From a virus (lineage: Duplodnaviria; Heunggongvirae; Uroviricota; Caudoviricetes): DNA of 64,000 nucleotides. Location: positions 37,881 through 101,880 of IMG/VR virus record IMGVR_UViG_3300031911_000001, one strand, 5' to 3'. Position numbers and translations under genes: made by a program. The first letter of the stretch is position 1, and every line of letters starts with the position of its first letter. The notes under the pieces were generated by a model, which was not told the origin of the DNA, made no database searches, and worked only from the letters and a program-made list of their open reading frames with translations. This document shows, in pieces, positions 15,761 through 23,842 of this stretch.

Positions 15761-15969
15761 TGAGCAAGACCAAACTTCGCCGAGGAATCGGCCACATGGG
15801 CCGTGTCTTCCAATACGGCACCGCAGTCGGCCCGAATGGTGCATCTCTTAGCATCCGGGCTTCTGTAAAGATGCAGGAGGATAACGCCCGAAAGCTGAAC
15901 AAGCTGCCAGAGTTCAAACGTGCTGCAAAGAAGCGCCAACGTCGTGATGACTTCCGGATGGCATCATGA
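15757..15969 (+). CDS. small basic early protein (70 aa)
   Basis: GTGATG overlap with previous gene. Lys/Arg-rich C-terminus. Confidence 0.6.
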   Translation: MMSKTKLRRGIGHMGRVFQYGTAVGPNGASLSIRASVKMQEDNARKLNKLPEFKRAAKKRQRRDDFRMAS

Positions 15970-16442
15970 ACTCCTGTGAAGAACTAGTCCGTGGCATGGA
16001 AGCCGTGGCTGGACCGGGTAATGTGCCCATCTCGTATCGCATCATGGCCCAGTACGGCCGTGAGTACAAGATCAAGACCAACCACCTGACCGGCAAAGGC
16101 CGCAAGCAGGAATGCTACCGGAACTCCGAGAACCTCGTGACGTTCCAGAGCCTCGATGACCGATACGTCTACGTCGAAGGCTACGCCATGAAGCCGGGGT
16201 TGATTCCCTTGTCCCATGCGTGGGTCGTAGACCTGAACGATGGCAAGGCAATCGATCCTACGTGGCCTGAGGGCGATGGCATCTACTTCGGGGTGCCATT
16301 CGACAACGAGTTCGTCAACGACTTCTCGATCAGTGTCGGCTGCTACGGAATCTTCGAGAACCTCTACAAGTTGCACCGTGCTCGCAACATCAAGCGGCTC
16401 GAAGACGTCATCAAATACCTCGAGTCAGGTATCGTCAAGTAA
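15966..16442 (+). CDS. hypothetical protein (158 aa)
   Basis: ATGA overlap with previous gene. Confidence 0.65.
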   Translation: MNSCEELVRGMEAVAGPGNVPISYRIMAQYGREYKIKTNHLTGKGRKQECYRNSENLVTFQSLDDRYVYVEGYAMKPGLIPLSHAWVVDLNDGKAIDPTWPEGDGIYFGVPFDNEFVNDFSISVGCYGIFENLYKLHRARNIKRLEDVIKYLESGIVK

Positions 16443-16489
16443 GTAAACCACGGGTCATTGAAGGCCCGTCATTTACCATACAGGTTCAA

Positions 16490-16579
16490 GGGCGGTTGGC
16501 AGAGAGGCCGATTGCAGGGGGTTGCTAACCCCTAGGCTCCGCAAGGGGTCCACAGGTTCAAATCCTGTACCGCCCGCCA
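16490..16579 (+). tRNA. tRNA-Ser (GCT), type II
   Basis: Acceptor gggcggt/accgccc (perfect)+G+CCA, anticodon stem ggggg/cccct with loop ttGCTaa, long variable arm, T-arm cacagg-ttcaaat-cctgt. 90 nt. Lies outside the main array. Confidence 0.8.
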
Positions 16580-16595
16580 ACTCTACGGAACCTGT

Positions 16596-17018
16596 ATGTC
16601 AGCACTCTACAATCACATCCGAGCCGAATGGGTCGCTGCCCGACAAGGCAGAATCGAGCTCAAGGCGACTGCTCTCGGCACCATCATTTCTGATCTGGAC
16701 CGCATTGCCAAGGACGAGCAACGTGAGGTCCGAGACTCAGACGTCTTCAATCTGGCACTGAAGTACATCAAGGGCATCAACGAGACCTTGGATGCTCTGC
16801 TGAAGAACGCACCGTCGGACGTGCGCATCCCCCGAATTCAGTTCGAGAAGACGATCTACCAAGAGCTCCTGCCGTCTCAATTGACGCCAGACGAGATCAA
16901 GAAGATCATCCAGCAAAACCACCTGACCGGTGTCAAGGACATCATGACGTACTTCAAGCACCACTACGTTGGCCGGTACGATGGAAAGGTACTCTCAGAA
17001 ATCGCCAGGACAGCATGA
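16596..17018 (+). CDS. hypothetical protein (140 aa)
   Basis: ORF. Confidence 0.6.
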   Translation: MSALYNHIRAEWVAARQGRIELKATALGTIISDLDRIAKDEQREVRDSDVFNLALKYIKGINETLDALLKNAPSDVRIPRIQFEKTIYQELLPSQLTPDEIKKIIQQNHLTGVKDIMTYFKHHYVGRYDGKVLSEIARTA

Positions 17019-17326
17019 AATCAGCCATTATCTACACGCAGGCCGGAGACCGTACCTACCGGTTCATCTGGTACGAAGACCTGCTTAAACGGGCGCAAAT
17101 CGGCTTCCGTGTAGTAGAGCTCCCACGTCTCGAGAACCAGTGTCAGGGGTGCATCCTGAAGTGGGACTTCTCGGTCAGAGGCAACCACATGGATGACTAC
17201 GGTAATCGCATGGGTTGCACCGCTGACCAGTACCGAGACTTGACATACGTCATTGGATGGGATCACAGCTGCGGAACAACTGAAATCAGATCAGAGAAGC
17301 AACTCAAAGAATGGATCGAATCATGA
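17015..17326 (+). CDS. hypothetical protein (103 aa)
   Basis: ATGA overlap with previous gene. Confidence 0.6.
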   Translation: MKSAIIYTQAGDRTYRFIWYEDLLKRAQIGFRVVELPRLENQCQGCILKWDFSVRGNHMDDYGNRMGCTADQYRDLTYVIGWDHSCGTTEIRSEKQLKEWIES

Positions 17327-17793
17327 AGCAAATCTACGTCGCAGGCTTCGCCTTCAATGGTGATCGTGTCCTGCTCATCGAGAAGACGAAGCCTGAATGG
17401 CAGGCAGGGAAGCTCAACGGTATTGGTGGCAAGGTCGAGAAGTACGACCACGACGAATACGCCGCCCAATGCCGTGAGTTCTGGGAAGAGACTGGCATCA
17501 GCACCAATGCCCTCAATTGGACCAAGTTCGACGTCGAACGATTCGATCATGCCGAAGTCCATTGGTTCTTCAACCCGGTTGTCAACATTGACTCATTCAT
17601 CAAGACTACCGAGGAGCAACCGGTGATTGTTCGAGTCAGTGACGTCATCGGTGAAGGATTCAATCCATACGACGATGGCAAGATGTGTCTCTATAACTTG
17701 CCCTATCTGCTACTAAAAGCATGGACTTTCGTCTTCAATGGTGGTCCTCACCATCAGATTCCCAATCTTAAGGCCTCATACTACACTGCGTAG
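17311..17793 (+). CDS. Nudix hydrolase (T4 NudE-like)
   Basis: Nudix box GGKVEKYDHDEYAAQCREFWEETGI. Confidence 0.75.
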   Translation: MDRIMKQIYVAGFAFNGDRVLLIEKTKPEWQAGKLNGIGGKVEKYDHDEYAAQCREFWEETGISTNALNWTKFDVERFDHAEVHWFFNPVVNIDSFIKTTEEQPVIVRVSDVIGEGFNPYDDGKMCLYNLPYLLLKAWTFVFNGGPHHQIPNLKASYYTA

Positions 17794-17829
17794 CAATTGT
17801 AAAGTGTAAGTAAGCAGGGAGATACCAAT

Positions 17830-18465
17830 ATGAAACTAATCAACAAACTGGTGTTCGCTGCTATTATGCTTGTCACTTGCACTGCCGTGACTACACAGCA
17901 ACTGCAGCAGACCGAGAAGATCATTGAGACGGAGCAGTCTACGATTGCTGTCGTTCGTGACAAGATTGACAAGTCCATCACCGGTGACAAGCTGGTGTTC
18001 GGCAGTGTGGTTCACCTGAAGAAGCAGGTCGGCGTAGACAACATCCGGATCATCCAGCGCAAGGGTGCGTACAACTGTGCCCGGGGTGAGTTCATCATCA
18101 AGGAAGTTACCGCCTTTGACAAGTCCGGTAACGAGGTCAAGGATGAAAACATCAAGACCGATGTGATCATGACGCCGAACATCGACACCGTCAAGCGAGA
18201 GTTCAAGTTCATGTGTGCCGATCCTACACCGGCTCCTGTAGTAGAACCACCTGCACCGCCGCCTCAGATCATCACGGTTCCGATCCCTGTGATCATTGAA
18301 GCCGTCGAGGAAGCACCGAAGAAGGCCCGTCCGAAGCCAGCAGTGAAGAAGCCTGAACCGGCACCGAAGCCAATCGCCAAAGCCCCTGAGGCACCCAAGG
18401 TCAAGGCTCCTGTTGTTCAAAAACAACCACTCAACGCCGGACAACGTACTGATCTGGTAGACTAA
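17830..18465 (+). CDS. secreted/membrane protein with Pro/Ala/Lys-rich repetitive C-terminus
   Basis: N-terminal hydrophobic segment. C-terminal PTPAPVVEPPAPPP...KKPEPAPKPIAKAPEAPKVKAP low-complexity repeats. Confidence 0.6.
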   Translation: MKLINKLVFAAIMLVTCTAVTTQQLQQTEKIIETEQSTIAVVRDKIDKSITGDKLVFGSVVHLKKQVGVDNIRIIQRKGAYNCARGEFIIKEVTAFDKSGNEVKDENIKTDVIMTPNIDTVKREFKFMCADPTPAPVVEPPAPPPQIITVPIPVIIEAVEEAPKKARPKPAVKKPEPAPKPIAKAPEAPKVKAPVVQKQPLNAGQRTDLVD

Positions 18466-18472
18466 TGCACAT

Positions 18473-18553
18473 GGGGGAGTGACGGGAATCCTTGGTATAC
18501 CTCGGGGCCTCAAAAGCTCTGGTCTGTGGGTTCAAGTCCCACCTCCCCTACCA
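18473..18553 (+). tRNA. tRNA with Leu anticodon CAA, Leu-like D-arm, discriminator A, but short (5-nt) variable arm (second class-I-like tRNA-Leu)
   Basis: Acceptor gggggag/ctcccct+A+CCA, anticodon stem ggggc/gctct with loop ctCAAaa, variable ggtct, T-arm gtggg-ttcaagt-cccac. Confidence 0.5.
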
Positions 18554-18560
18554 AGATATG

Positions 18561-18588
18561 AAATAGACGCTCCGGCGTCTATTTCGTT
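18561..18588 (+). terminator. rho-independent terminator
   Basis: aaatagacgc-tccg-gcgtctattt followed by cgtt. Confidence 0.55.
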
Positions 18589-18613
18589 GATGAATCGGTG
18601 TTAAAGTCTGCTC

Positions 18614-19162
18614 ATGCCACTGACAAAAGTACCCGCCAAGATTCGCAAGAAGGTTGAGGCTCGTATCCAATGGACCCTCGATTCGCTGGCCTTCCTGGCT
18701 CCTCGGAGCATCCCCCGCTACAAGATCACCGCCACCTATGACATAGAAGGTACGGCCGCAGGCTATGCCATCGACAAGACCGGTGTCGTCGAGCTCAACC
18801 CGATCCTGCTCATAGAGAATGTCGATGAGTTCATCAAGCAGATCGTTCCGCACGAGGTCGTCCATATCATCGTCGGTAGGCTGTGGAAGGATGCCGCCTT
18901 TCATGGTCCCCAGTTCACGCGACTCATGCAGATTCTGGGTCTGCCAGTCTCATGCTTCCATACCTTTGATACCGACCGCTGTAAGCAGGCCGACCCCGAC
19001 GTCTTCGTCTACCGTTGCATGTGTCAGCACACCACCAGACACGAGGTGACCGAGCGTACTCACAATATGAGGCAAAAGAGGCCCATCACTTGTAAACTCT
19101 GTCAACATCCACTACAATACAGCCACACACGTCAACTGAGGAAAAATCATGGAACTATTTGA
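18614..19162 (+). CDS. SprT-like zinc metallopeptidase domain protein
   Basis: HEVVHIIV (HExxH) plus C-terminal CxxC...CxxC zinc ribbon. Confidence 0.6.
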   Translation: MPLTKVPAKIRKKVEARIQWTLDSLAFLAPRSIPRYKITATYDIEGTAAGYAIDKTGVVELNPILLIENVDEFIKQIVPHEVVHIIVGRLWKDAAFHGPQFTRLMQILGLPVSCFHTFDTDRCKQADPDVFVYRCMCQHTTRHEVTERTHNMRQKRPITCKLCQHPLQYSHTRQLRKNHGTI

Positions 19163-20522
19163 GATCATCAAAACTCTGCAGGAAACCAAGGGCACCAACG
19201 CCAAGATCGATGTGTTCAAGACACACGAGAAGAACCTGCTCCTCGTCGAATTCCTCAAGGCCACCTACGAGCCACGGATCAACTACTTCCTGCGGCCTGA
19301 CTTTCTGGCCAAGATGGATGCCGACTGGTATGCACAGGCCACGGCCCCTGCCGCCCAGAAGTTTGATATGTTCTTGATCGACACGATTCAAGACCTGCTC
19401 TGCAATCGTCGACTGACCGGCAATGCGGCCCGTGAGTACATCATGAACATCTACCTCGGCCTCAGTCCAGAAGAGCGTCCCCTGCTGATCATCATGTTGG
19501 CTGGTGATCTCCGTGCCGGCGTCAGTACCACGGCGATCAACAAGGTCTGGCCGAACCTGATCAGCACAACCCCGTACATGCGTTGCGGCCTTCCCAAGCA
19601 TACCGACCTTGAGGAATGGTTCAAGAGCGGAGAAGTGATCTACGCCCAGACCAAGGCCGACGGCACCTTCACCAACTTCGAGGTCAGCCTCGGGGCCTAC
19701 TCGGTCTACTCCCGTCAGGGCAAGGTGTACCCGAACGTCTTCGATGACATCTTCAACCAGCTGAAGCAACACATCAACGGACCGACCGTCTTCCTCGGCG
19801 AGTTCCTGGTCAACAAGGATGGGGTGATCCTTCCTCGTCAAGAAGGCAACGGCCTCCTGAACAGCTTGGCACAGGGCGAAGACCTCCCGAAAGGCCACAC
19901 GGTCGAGTACCACGTCTGGGACGCAGTGCCCAAGATCTACTTCAAGAAGAAGGGCGAATACGACTGCCCGTACAAGGACCGTCTGGAGTACGTCCGTCAA
20001 TGTGTCGGTCCTGCTGGCACTGGTCCGGTCTTTGTCTCCGACACCGAGATCATCAAGTCATGGGCAGAGGCAAAGGCCCACTTCAAGAAGATGCTCAAGG
20101 CAGGCCAAGAAGGCAGCATCATCAAGCTCGGTTCGATGAAGTGGGAAGACGGCGACTCTGTCGGGCAGATCAAGCTGAAGCAGGAAACGGTCGTCGAGCT
20201 CAAGGTCGTCGGCTTCCGTGAAGGCCGTGGGAAGAATGCCTCCCTGTTCGGATCGATCATCGGCCAGACCGAGGACGGATTGCTGGAAGTCGGCGTCTCT
20301 GGCATCAAGGACGCGCTCCGCAAACACATCAGCGAGAACCGTGAGCTGTACCTCGGCAAGATCATGGCGGTCAAGGGCAACGGGGTGATGTCCCCGCAAC
20401 CGGACACCGACGGCAAGTACTCCATGTACCTGCCCCGCCTTGTCGAGTTCCGTGACGACAAGATGGTGGCCGACACCCTGCAACAGGTGATCGACCAGTT
20501 CGAAGCAGCGATGGAGGACTGA
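19149..20522 (+). CDS. ATP-dependent DNA ligase (T4 gp30-like)
   Basis: Motif I active-site lysine in YAQTKADGTF. 457 aa. Confidence 0.8.
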   Translation: MELFEIIKTLQETKGTNAKIDVFKTHEKNLLLVEFLKATYEPRINYFLRPDFLAKMDADWYAQATAPAAQKFDMFLIDTIQDLLCNRRLTGNAAREYIMNIYLGLSPEERPLLIIMLAGDLRAGVSTTAINKVWPNLISTTPYMRCGLPKHTDLEEWFKSGEVIYAQTKADGTFTNFEVSLGAYSVYSRQGKVYPNVFDDIFNQLKQHINGPTVFLGEFLVNKDGVILPRQEGNGLLNSLAQGEDLPKGHTVEYHVWDAVPKIYFKKKGEYDCPYKDRLEYVRQCVGPAGTGPVFVSDTEIIKSWAEAKAHFKKMLKAGQEGSIIKLGSMKWEDGDSVGQIKLKQETVVELKVVGFREGRGKNASLFGSIIGQTEDGLLEVGVSGIKDALRKHISENRELYLGKIMAVKGNGVMSPQPDTDGKYSMYLPRLVEFRDDKMVADTLQQVIDQFEAAMED

Positions 20523-20525
20523 TCC

Positions 20526-20699
20526 ATGATGGACCAATTTGTGGTCGGGGAACAGGTAGTTCACGGGCGCCGGGCGCTCTACGTGAGGCGGTTTCGCTAT
20601 ATGAGCAGTGATGGCCGTGTCACTCTCGAATTCGCTATTCAACCACCGGCATCGGCTGGGTTCACATCAACATGGCTCAAATGGGTGAAATACATATGA
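20526..20699 (+). CDS. small hypothetical protein (57 aa)
   Basis: MMDQFVVGEQVVHGRRALYVRRFRYMSSDGRVTLEFAIQPPASAGFTSTWLKWVKYI. Start 3 nt after the ligase stop. Confidence 0.35.
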   Translation: MMDQFVVGEQVVHGRRALYVRRFRYMSSDGRVTLEFAIQPPASAGFTSTWLKWVKYI

Positions 20700-20821
20700 A
20701 TCGCAAACTGATGAAGGTCCTCATCCTCGTGACCATCCCGATTTGGGTTGTCCCTGCTGGCGTGATTCTTCTTGGCAGGATGGCATGGGAAGACATCAGT
20801 GAATGGGTCGATTCTTTCTAA
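20696..20821 (+). CDS. small membrane peptide (41 aa)
   Basis: MNRKLMKVLILVTIPIWVVPAGVILLGRMAWEDISEWVDSF. ATGA overlap. Confidence 0.3.
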   Translation: MNRKLMKVLILVTIPIWVVPAGVILLGRMAWEDISEWVDSF

Positions 20822-20828
20822 GAAACAC

Positions 20829-20887
20829 TTGACGGTGCCTTTCAATTCGTTATAATTGAGGCACCATAAACCACTTGGAGAAGTGAA
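20829..20887 (+). promoter_or_regulatory. conserved early promoter + leader, copy 2 (TTGACG-N16-TATAAT...CCACTTGGAGAAGTGAAATG)
   Basis: Seen in sequence. Confidence 0.7.
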
Positions 20888-21028
20888 ATGAAAGTCATCT
20901 ACACACTCAAGCGCCCCGGCGCACCTGTCTCCAAAGTCTTCCGTAGCACGTGCCGCTTCGAGACTTTTCTGTTCACGGCACTTGGCTACACGGTTCGCAA
21001 GACCGAAGTCCTTCACAAGGAGTTTTGA
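20888..21028 (+). CDS. small early protein (46 aa)
   Basis: MKVIYTLKRPGAPVSKVFRSTCRFETFLFTALGYTVRKTEVLHKEF. Directly after the conserved leader. Confidence 0.55.
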   Translation: MKVIYTLKRPGAPVSKVFRSTCRFETFLFTALGYTVRKTEVLHKEF

Positions 21029-21029
21029 C

Positions 21030-21251
21030 ATGGTCCATTTCATGCCGCAACTGGCCATGTCTCACGGCTTTGACGAACATGCTTTCGTCGAGTGGGCAGA
21101 ACGTGAAGGTCAACGCCACGGCGCCTTCCTCGATACCGTCACCCTGCAAACTGCGGTGACCACGTGGAACGTCGACGAGCTCATCCTTGCCGCCCGTGAG
21201 GCCGGCTTCTTCCGCATCAACAACCCGATGGCAACACCTGTAGGAGTCTGA
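21030..21251 (+). CDS. hypothetical protein (73 aa)
   Basis: ATG 21030 one nt after previous stop. Track ORF 20982..21251. Confidence 0.5.
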   Translation: MVHFMPQLAMSHGFDEHAFVEWAEREGQRHGAFLDTVTLQTAVTTWNVDELILAAREAGFFRINNPMATPVGV

Positions 21252-21252
21252 C

Positions 21253-21474
21253 ATGGCAAACCATTTCATCTTTCGCGTCAGTGGCCGTGGCGAGTTCCCT
21301 GTGGACATGCTGCGCCGTGACGAGTGCTACCCCTACCGTACCGAAGACGCCATGATCATCCTTGGCGGCGCAACTGCCCCCAAGCGTGTCGGGGTTTTCG
21401 TCTCCCCACGTCCTCCCCTGATCGACCGATGGGACAGCTTCGGTTGGAACGTCGAACAGGTCATCACCGTATGA
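21253..21474 (+). CDS. hypothetical protein (73 aa)
   Basis: ORF. Confidence 0.5.
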   Translation: MANHFIFRVSGRGEFPVDMLRRDECYPYRTEDAMIILGGATAPKRVGVFVSPRPPLIDRWDSFGWNVEQVITV

Positions 21475-21761
21475 AAAAACTCCTCGTTCTGCTGCTGGCC
21501 TCGTTGGCCGTCGTCTCTCATGCTGCTACGCATATCGTCTATCAACCGGTTGCGATACCGATGGACAAACCGTGCTTCGTGTCTCTGAGTCCTACCTTCG
21601 TCCTCAACGCATCGATGGTGATCCGGATTGAGTATGGTGAGTTCAACGACTTCGGGAAAGAGCCTGTTACCATCTTCTGGCACCCTGCCAGTCGCAGGGC
21701 CATGAAGGGCGACCATGTCAAGACATTCCTTGACGGCGCAAAACAGTGCAAAGGAAACTGA
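21471..21761 (+). CDS. secreted protein with signal peptide (96 aa)
   Basis: MKKLLVLLLASLAVVSHAATH signal peptide. ATGA overlap. Confidence 0.55.
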   Translation: MKKLLVLLLASLAVVSHAATHIVYQPVAIPMDKPCFVSLSPTFVLNASMVIRIEYGEFNDFGKEPVTIFWHPASRRAMKGDHVKTFLDGAKQCKGN

Positions 21762-21762
21762 C

Positions 21763-22143
21763 ATGACGAAAGTCTGGAAAATCACCACACCGAGCCGCAG
21801 CCGCTCTTGGTTCACCAAGGACCGAGCAGAGGTTGATCGGTTCTCCGATCAGGGCCATGAGATCGAACTGTTCCTCAAGAAGGAAGAGGCTCCTCTGAGC
21901 ATCCATGAACAGAAGGCTGTGCTGGCCGACCTGCAGGGCATAGACTGCCTGATCAACTACCACGATTGCAAAGAAGTCGAGGCCGACGCCATCGAACCGG
22001 GATGGGGCGCCGCCAACGGCAAACGCTCTCTGGAGCTCCTGGCGCTTGGTCGAGAGATCATCGCTCGTGATCCTGAAATCTGGACCGAGAGCCAGAAGAA
22101 GCCCTTTGAGCTCCGCTACAGCGAGAAGGTGGCAAAGAAATGA
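21763..22143 (+). CDS. hypothetical protein (126 aa)
   Basis: Start MTKVWKI with RBS aaggaaa. Track ORF 21715..22143. Confidence 0.55.
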   Translation: MTKVWKITTPSRSRSWFTKDRAEVDRFSDQGHEIELFLKKEEAPLSIHEQKAVLADLQGIDCLINYHDCKEVEADAIEPGWGAANGKRSLELLALGREIIARDPEIWTESQKKPFELRYSEKVAKK

Positions 22144-22385
22144 AGCTGGACACCCTCATCCCCATCGGAGCCCTGCTCTCGATTATCGGCGTTGCCGGCA
22201 TTGTGTACCTCGAGAAGGAACACCCGATCCAATGCCTCGACATGGCAAAGGTCAAGAGCATCAACCGGGTCATCCATCGGTCAGCTGAGATCGAGTTCAC
22301 TGATGGCAGAATCGTGACGCTCCAACAGCCGTCCATTCGTCCGGGTGACAACTACTGCGTCAAACATGCAAGGCGGTGGGATTGA
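22140..22385 (+). CDS. small membrane protein (81 aa)
   Basis: ATGA overlap. Hydrophobic N-terminus. Confidence 0.55.
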   Translation: MKLDTLIPIGALLSIIGVAGIVYLEKEHPIQCLDMAKVKSINRVIHRSAEIEFTDGRIVTLQQPSIRPGDNYCVKHARRWD

Positions 22386-22858
22386 TGACTACGAAGATCG
22401 AATCATTCTCAGGTGAGTACGCTTTCCTCTCGAACTTCTGGGACGTTCGGGTGGAGTACGATGGCGGGTGGTTCAGTAGCGTAGAACATGCCTATCAGGC
22501 AGCGAAATACCCGAAAGAGGCCCGTTCCGTGTTCCGGAATGGTATTACCCCGGGACAGGCGAAACGCCTTGGTGGTGCCGCAGAGTTGCCGTGGGATTGG
22601 GAACACAAGAAGATCGAGATCATGACCCGGTTGGTCCTACAGAAGTTCAGGAACAACAACCCGCTCAAATTCTTGCTTTTGTCTACCGGCGATGCCACCC
22701 TCATCGAGGGCAACCACTGGGGAGACCGGTTCTGGGGCCAGTGTGGCGGAACCGGTAAGAACCATCTTGGTCGCATCCTGATGTACGTCAGGACGGTGCT
22801 CCGAAACGAAGAGACCCTCAGCTACTTCTTTACTGAGGAATCCCCCGTTGAAGACTAG
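22376..22858 (+). CDS. NADAR-domain protein (YbiA-like N-glycosidase / ADP-ribose-processing family)
   Basis: GEYAFLSNFW...VEHAYQAAK...GQAKRLG...WGD...GKNHLGRILMYVR matches the YbiA/NADAR signature. Confidence 0.7.
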   Translation: MGLMTTKIESFSGEYAFLSNFWDVRVEYDGGWFSSVEHAYQAAKYPKEARSVFRNGITPGQAKRLGGAAELPWDWEHKKIEIMTRLVLQKFRNNNPLKFLLLSTGDATLIEGNHWGDRFWGQCGGTGKNHLGRILMYVRTVLRNEETLSYFFTEESPVED

Positions 22859-23081
22859 CCTGATTGCGTTTGGCTTCTTGGTCTTTGCGCATTAGTTGCA
22901 ATTCAACGTCAAGGGTCCATGGCAACATCGCATTGAATTCTGTAATGCTGATGTTGCCACTTTTCTTGAGTAGGTGCTGGAGCTCGAAATATTCCATCAA
23001 GCTCCTACCTTCAAACATCAGCCGAAAAAATCGGTAAGCTCCGTGAATTGAAGCTTGTGCTTCGTTCCACAGCTCTTGCAC
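22830..23081 (-). CDS. questionable small ORF (83 aa)
   Basis: Fills a 160-nt gap but overlaps the ends of both neighbours. Confidence 0.25.
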   Translation of the reverse strand: MQELWNEAQASIHGAYRFFRLMFEGRSLMEYFELQHLLKKSGNISITEFNAMLPWTLDVELQLMRKDQEAKRNQASLQRGIPQ

Positions 23082-23749
23082 GTGAGCTCCTGCTCATGGA
23101 AGATATGCGGTGCCGACAACAAGAAGACCTTGTGGATTTTGACCTTCTCTTTCATGTCGAGGTTCTTATACCACTTGATCAAGTCTTCCGGCTTCTGGTC
23201 CTTGGCATAGTGGATGTCGTCGCCATCGAAGATGAAGTCGATGCACGAGACAATCGTATCCACCTCGGTCATCCCTTCTTCCATGTTCATGAGCATGTCG
23301 AAGTCCGGGTACTTGAACTTGATTCCGATGGTGTCGGTGATCATGACCTTTGTCTCGTGGCCGTCGATTTCACGCATGTCCACTTTGCGCAGATCGATTG
23401 AGACGTCAATTGGAGTGTTGCACTCCTTCGTCTCGCCGGCCTCACCCTCGACCTTGTGCTTGCAGATGTAATTGAATTCCATCATTTCACCGACCGATTT
23501 TTCACGGAGGCGAATGAAGATCAATTCAAGCACAAATACAGGAATTGAATCGACGTCGTAATTCGGAGTCGTAATACACTCCTTAATGATCTGACGGATC
23601 GCGTTGACCTGTTCCTTTTTCTCTTTGGTGTCCTGCACGGCGAGGAGAACACTCTCCTGACCGACTGTGAACGGGACGTAGTCAAATGGTCCGGCAGGAA
23701 GGAATTTGCTCTTAAAACGACTGACGTTTTTAGGGATGACTGGAAGCAT
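23018..23749 (-). CDS. hypothetical protein (243 aa) with C-terminal CxxC zinc-ribbon
   Basis: Long ORF, only minus-strand gene in this plus-strand block. CKSCGTKHKL motif. Confidence 0.6.
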   Translation of the reverse strand: MLPVIPKNVSRFKSKFLPAGPFDYVPFTVGQESVLLAVQDTKEKKEQVNAIRQIIKECITTPNYDVDSIPVFVLELIFIRLREKSVGEMMEFNYICKHKVEGEAGETKECNTPIDVSIDLRKVDMREIDGHETKVMITDTIGIKFKYPDFDMLMNMEEGMTEVDTIVSCIDFIFDGDDIHYAKDQKPEDLIKWYKNLDMKEKVKIHKVFLLSAPHIFHEQELTCKSCGTKHKLQFTELTDFFG

Positions 23750-23842
23750 TGATGAACCTCATTGATGTATCTTCCATTACACTTAGTTGATCAGAAACAT
23801 TCGTTATTGCAGTCGTTCTGGGTAAGTATCACCTAAACGAAT

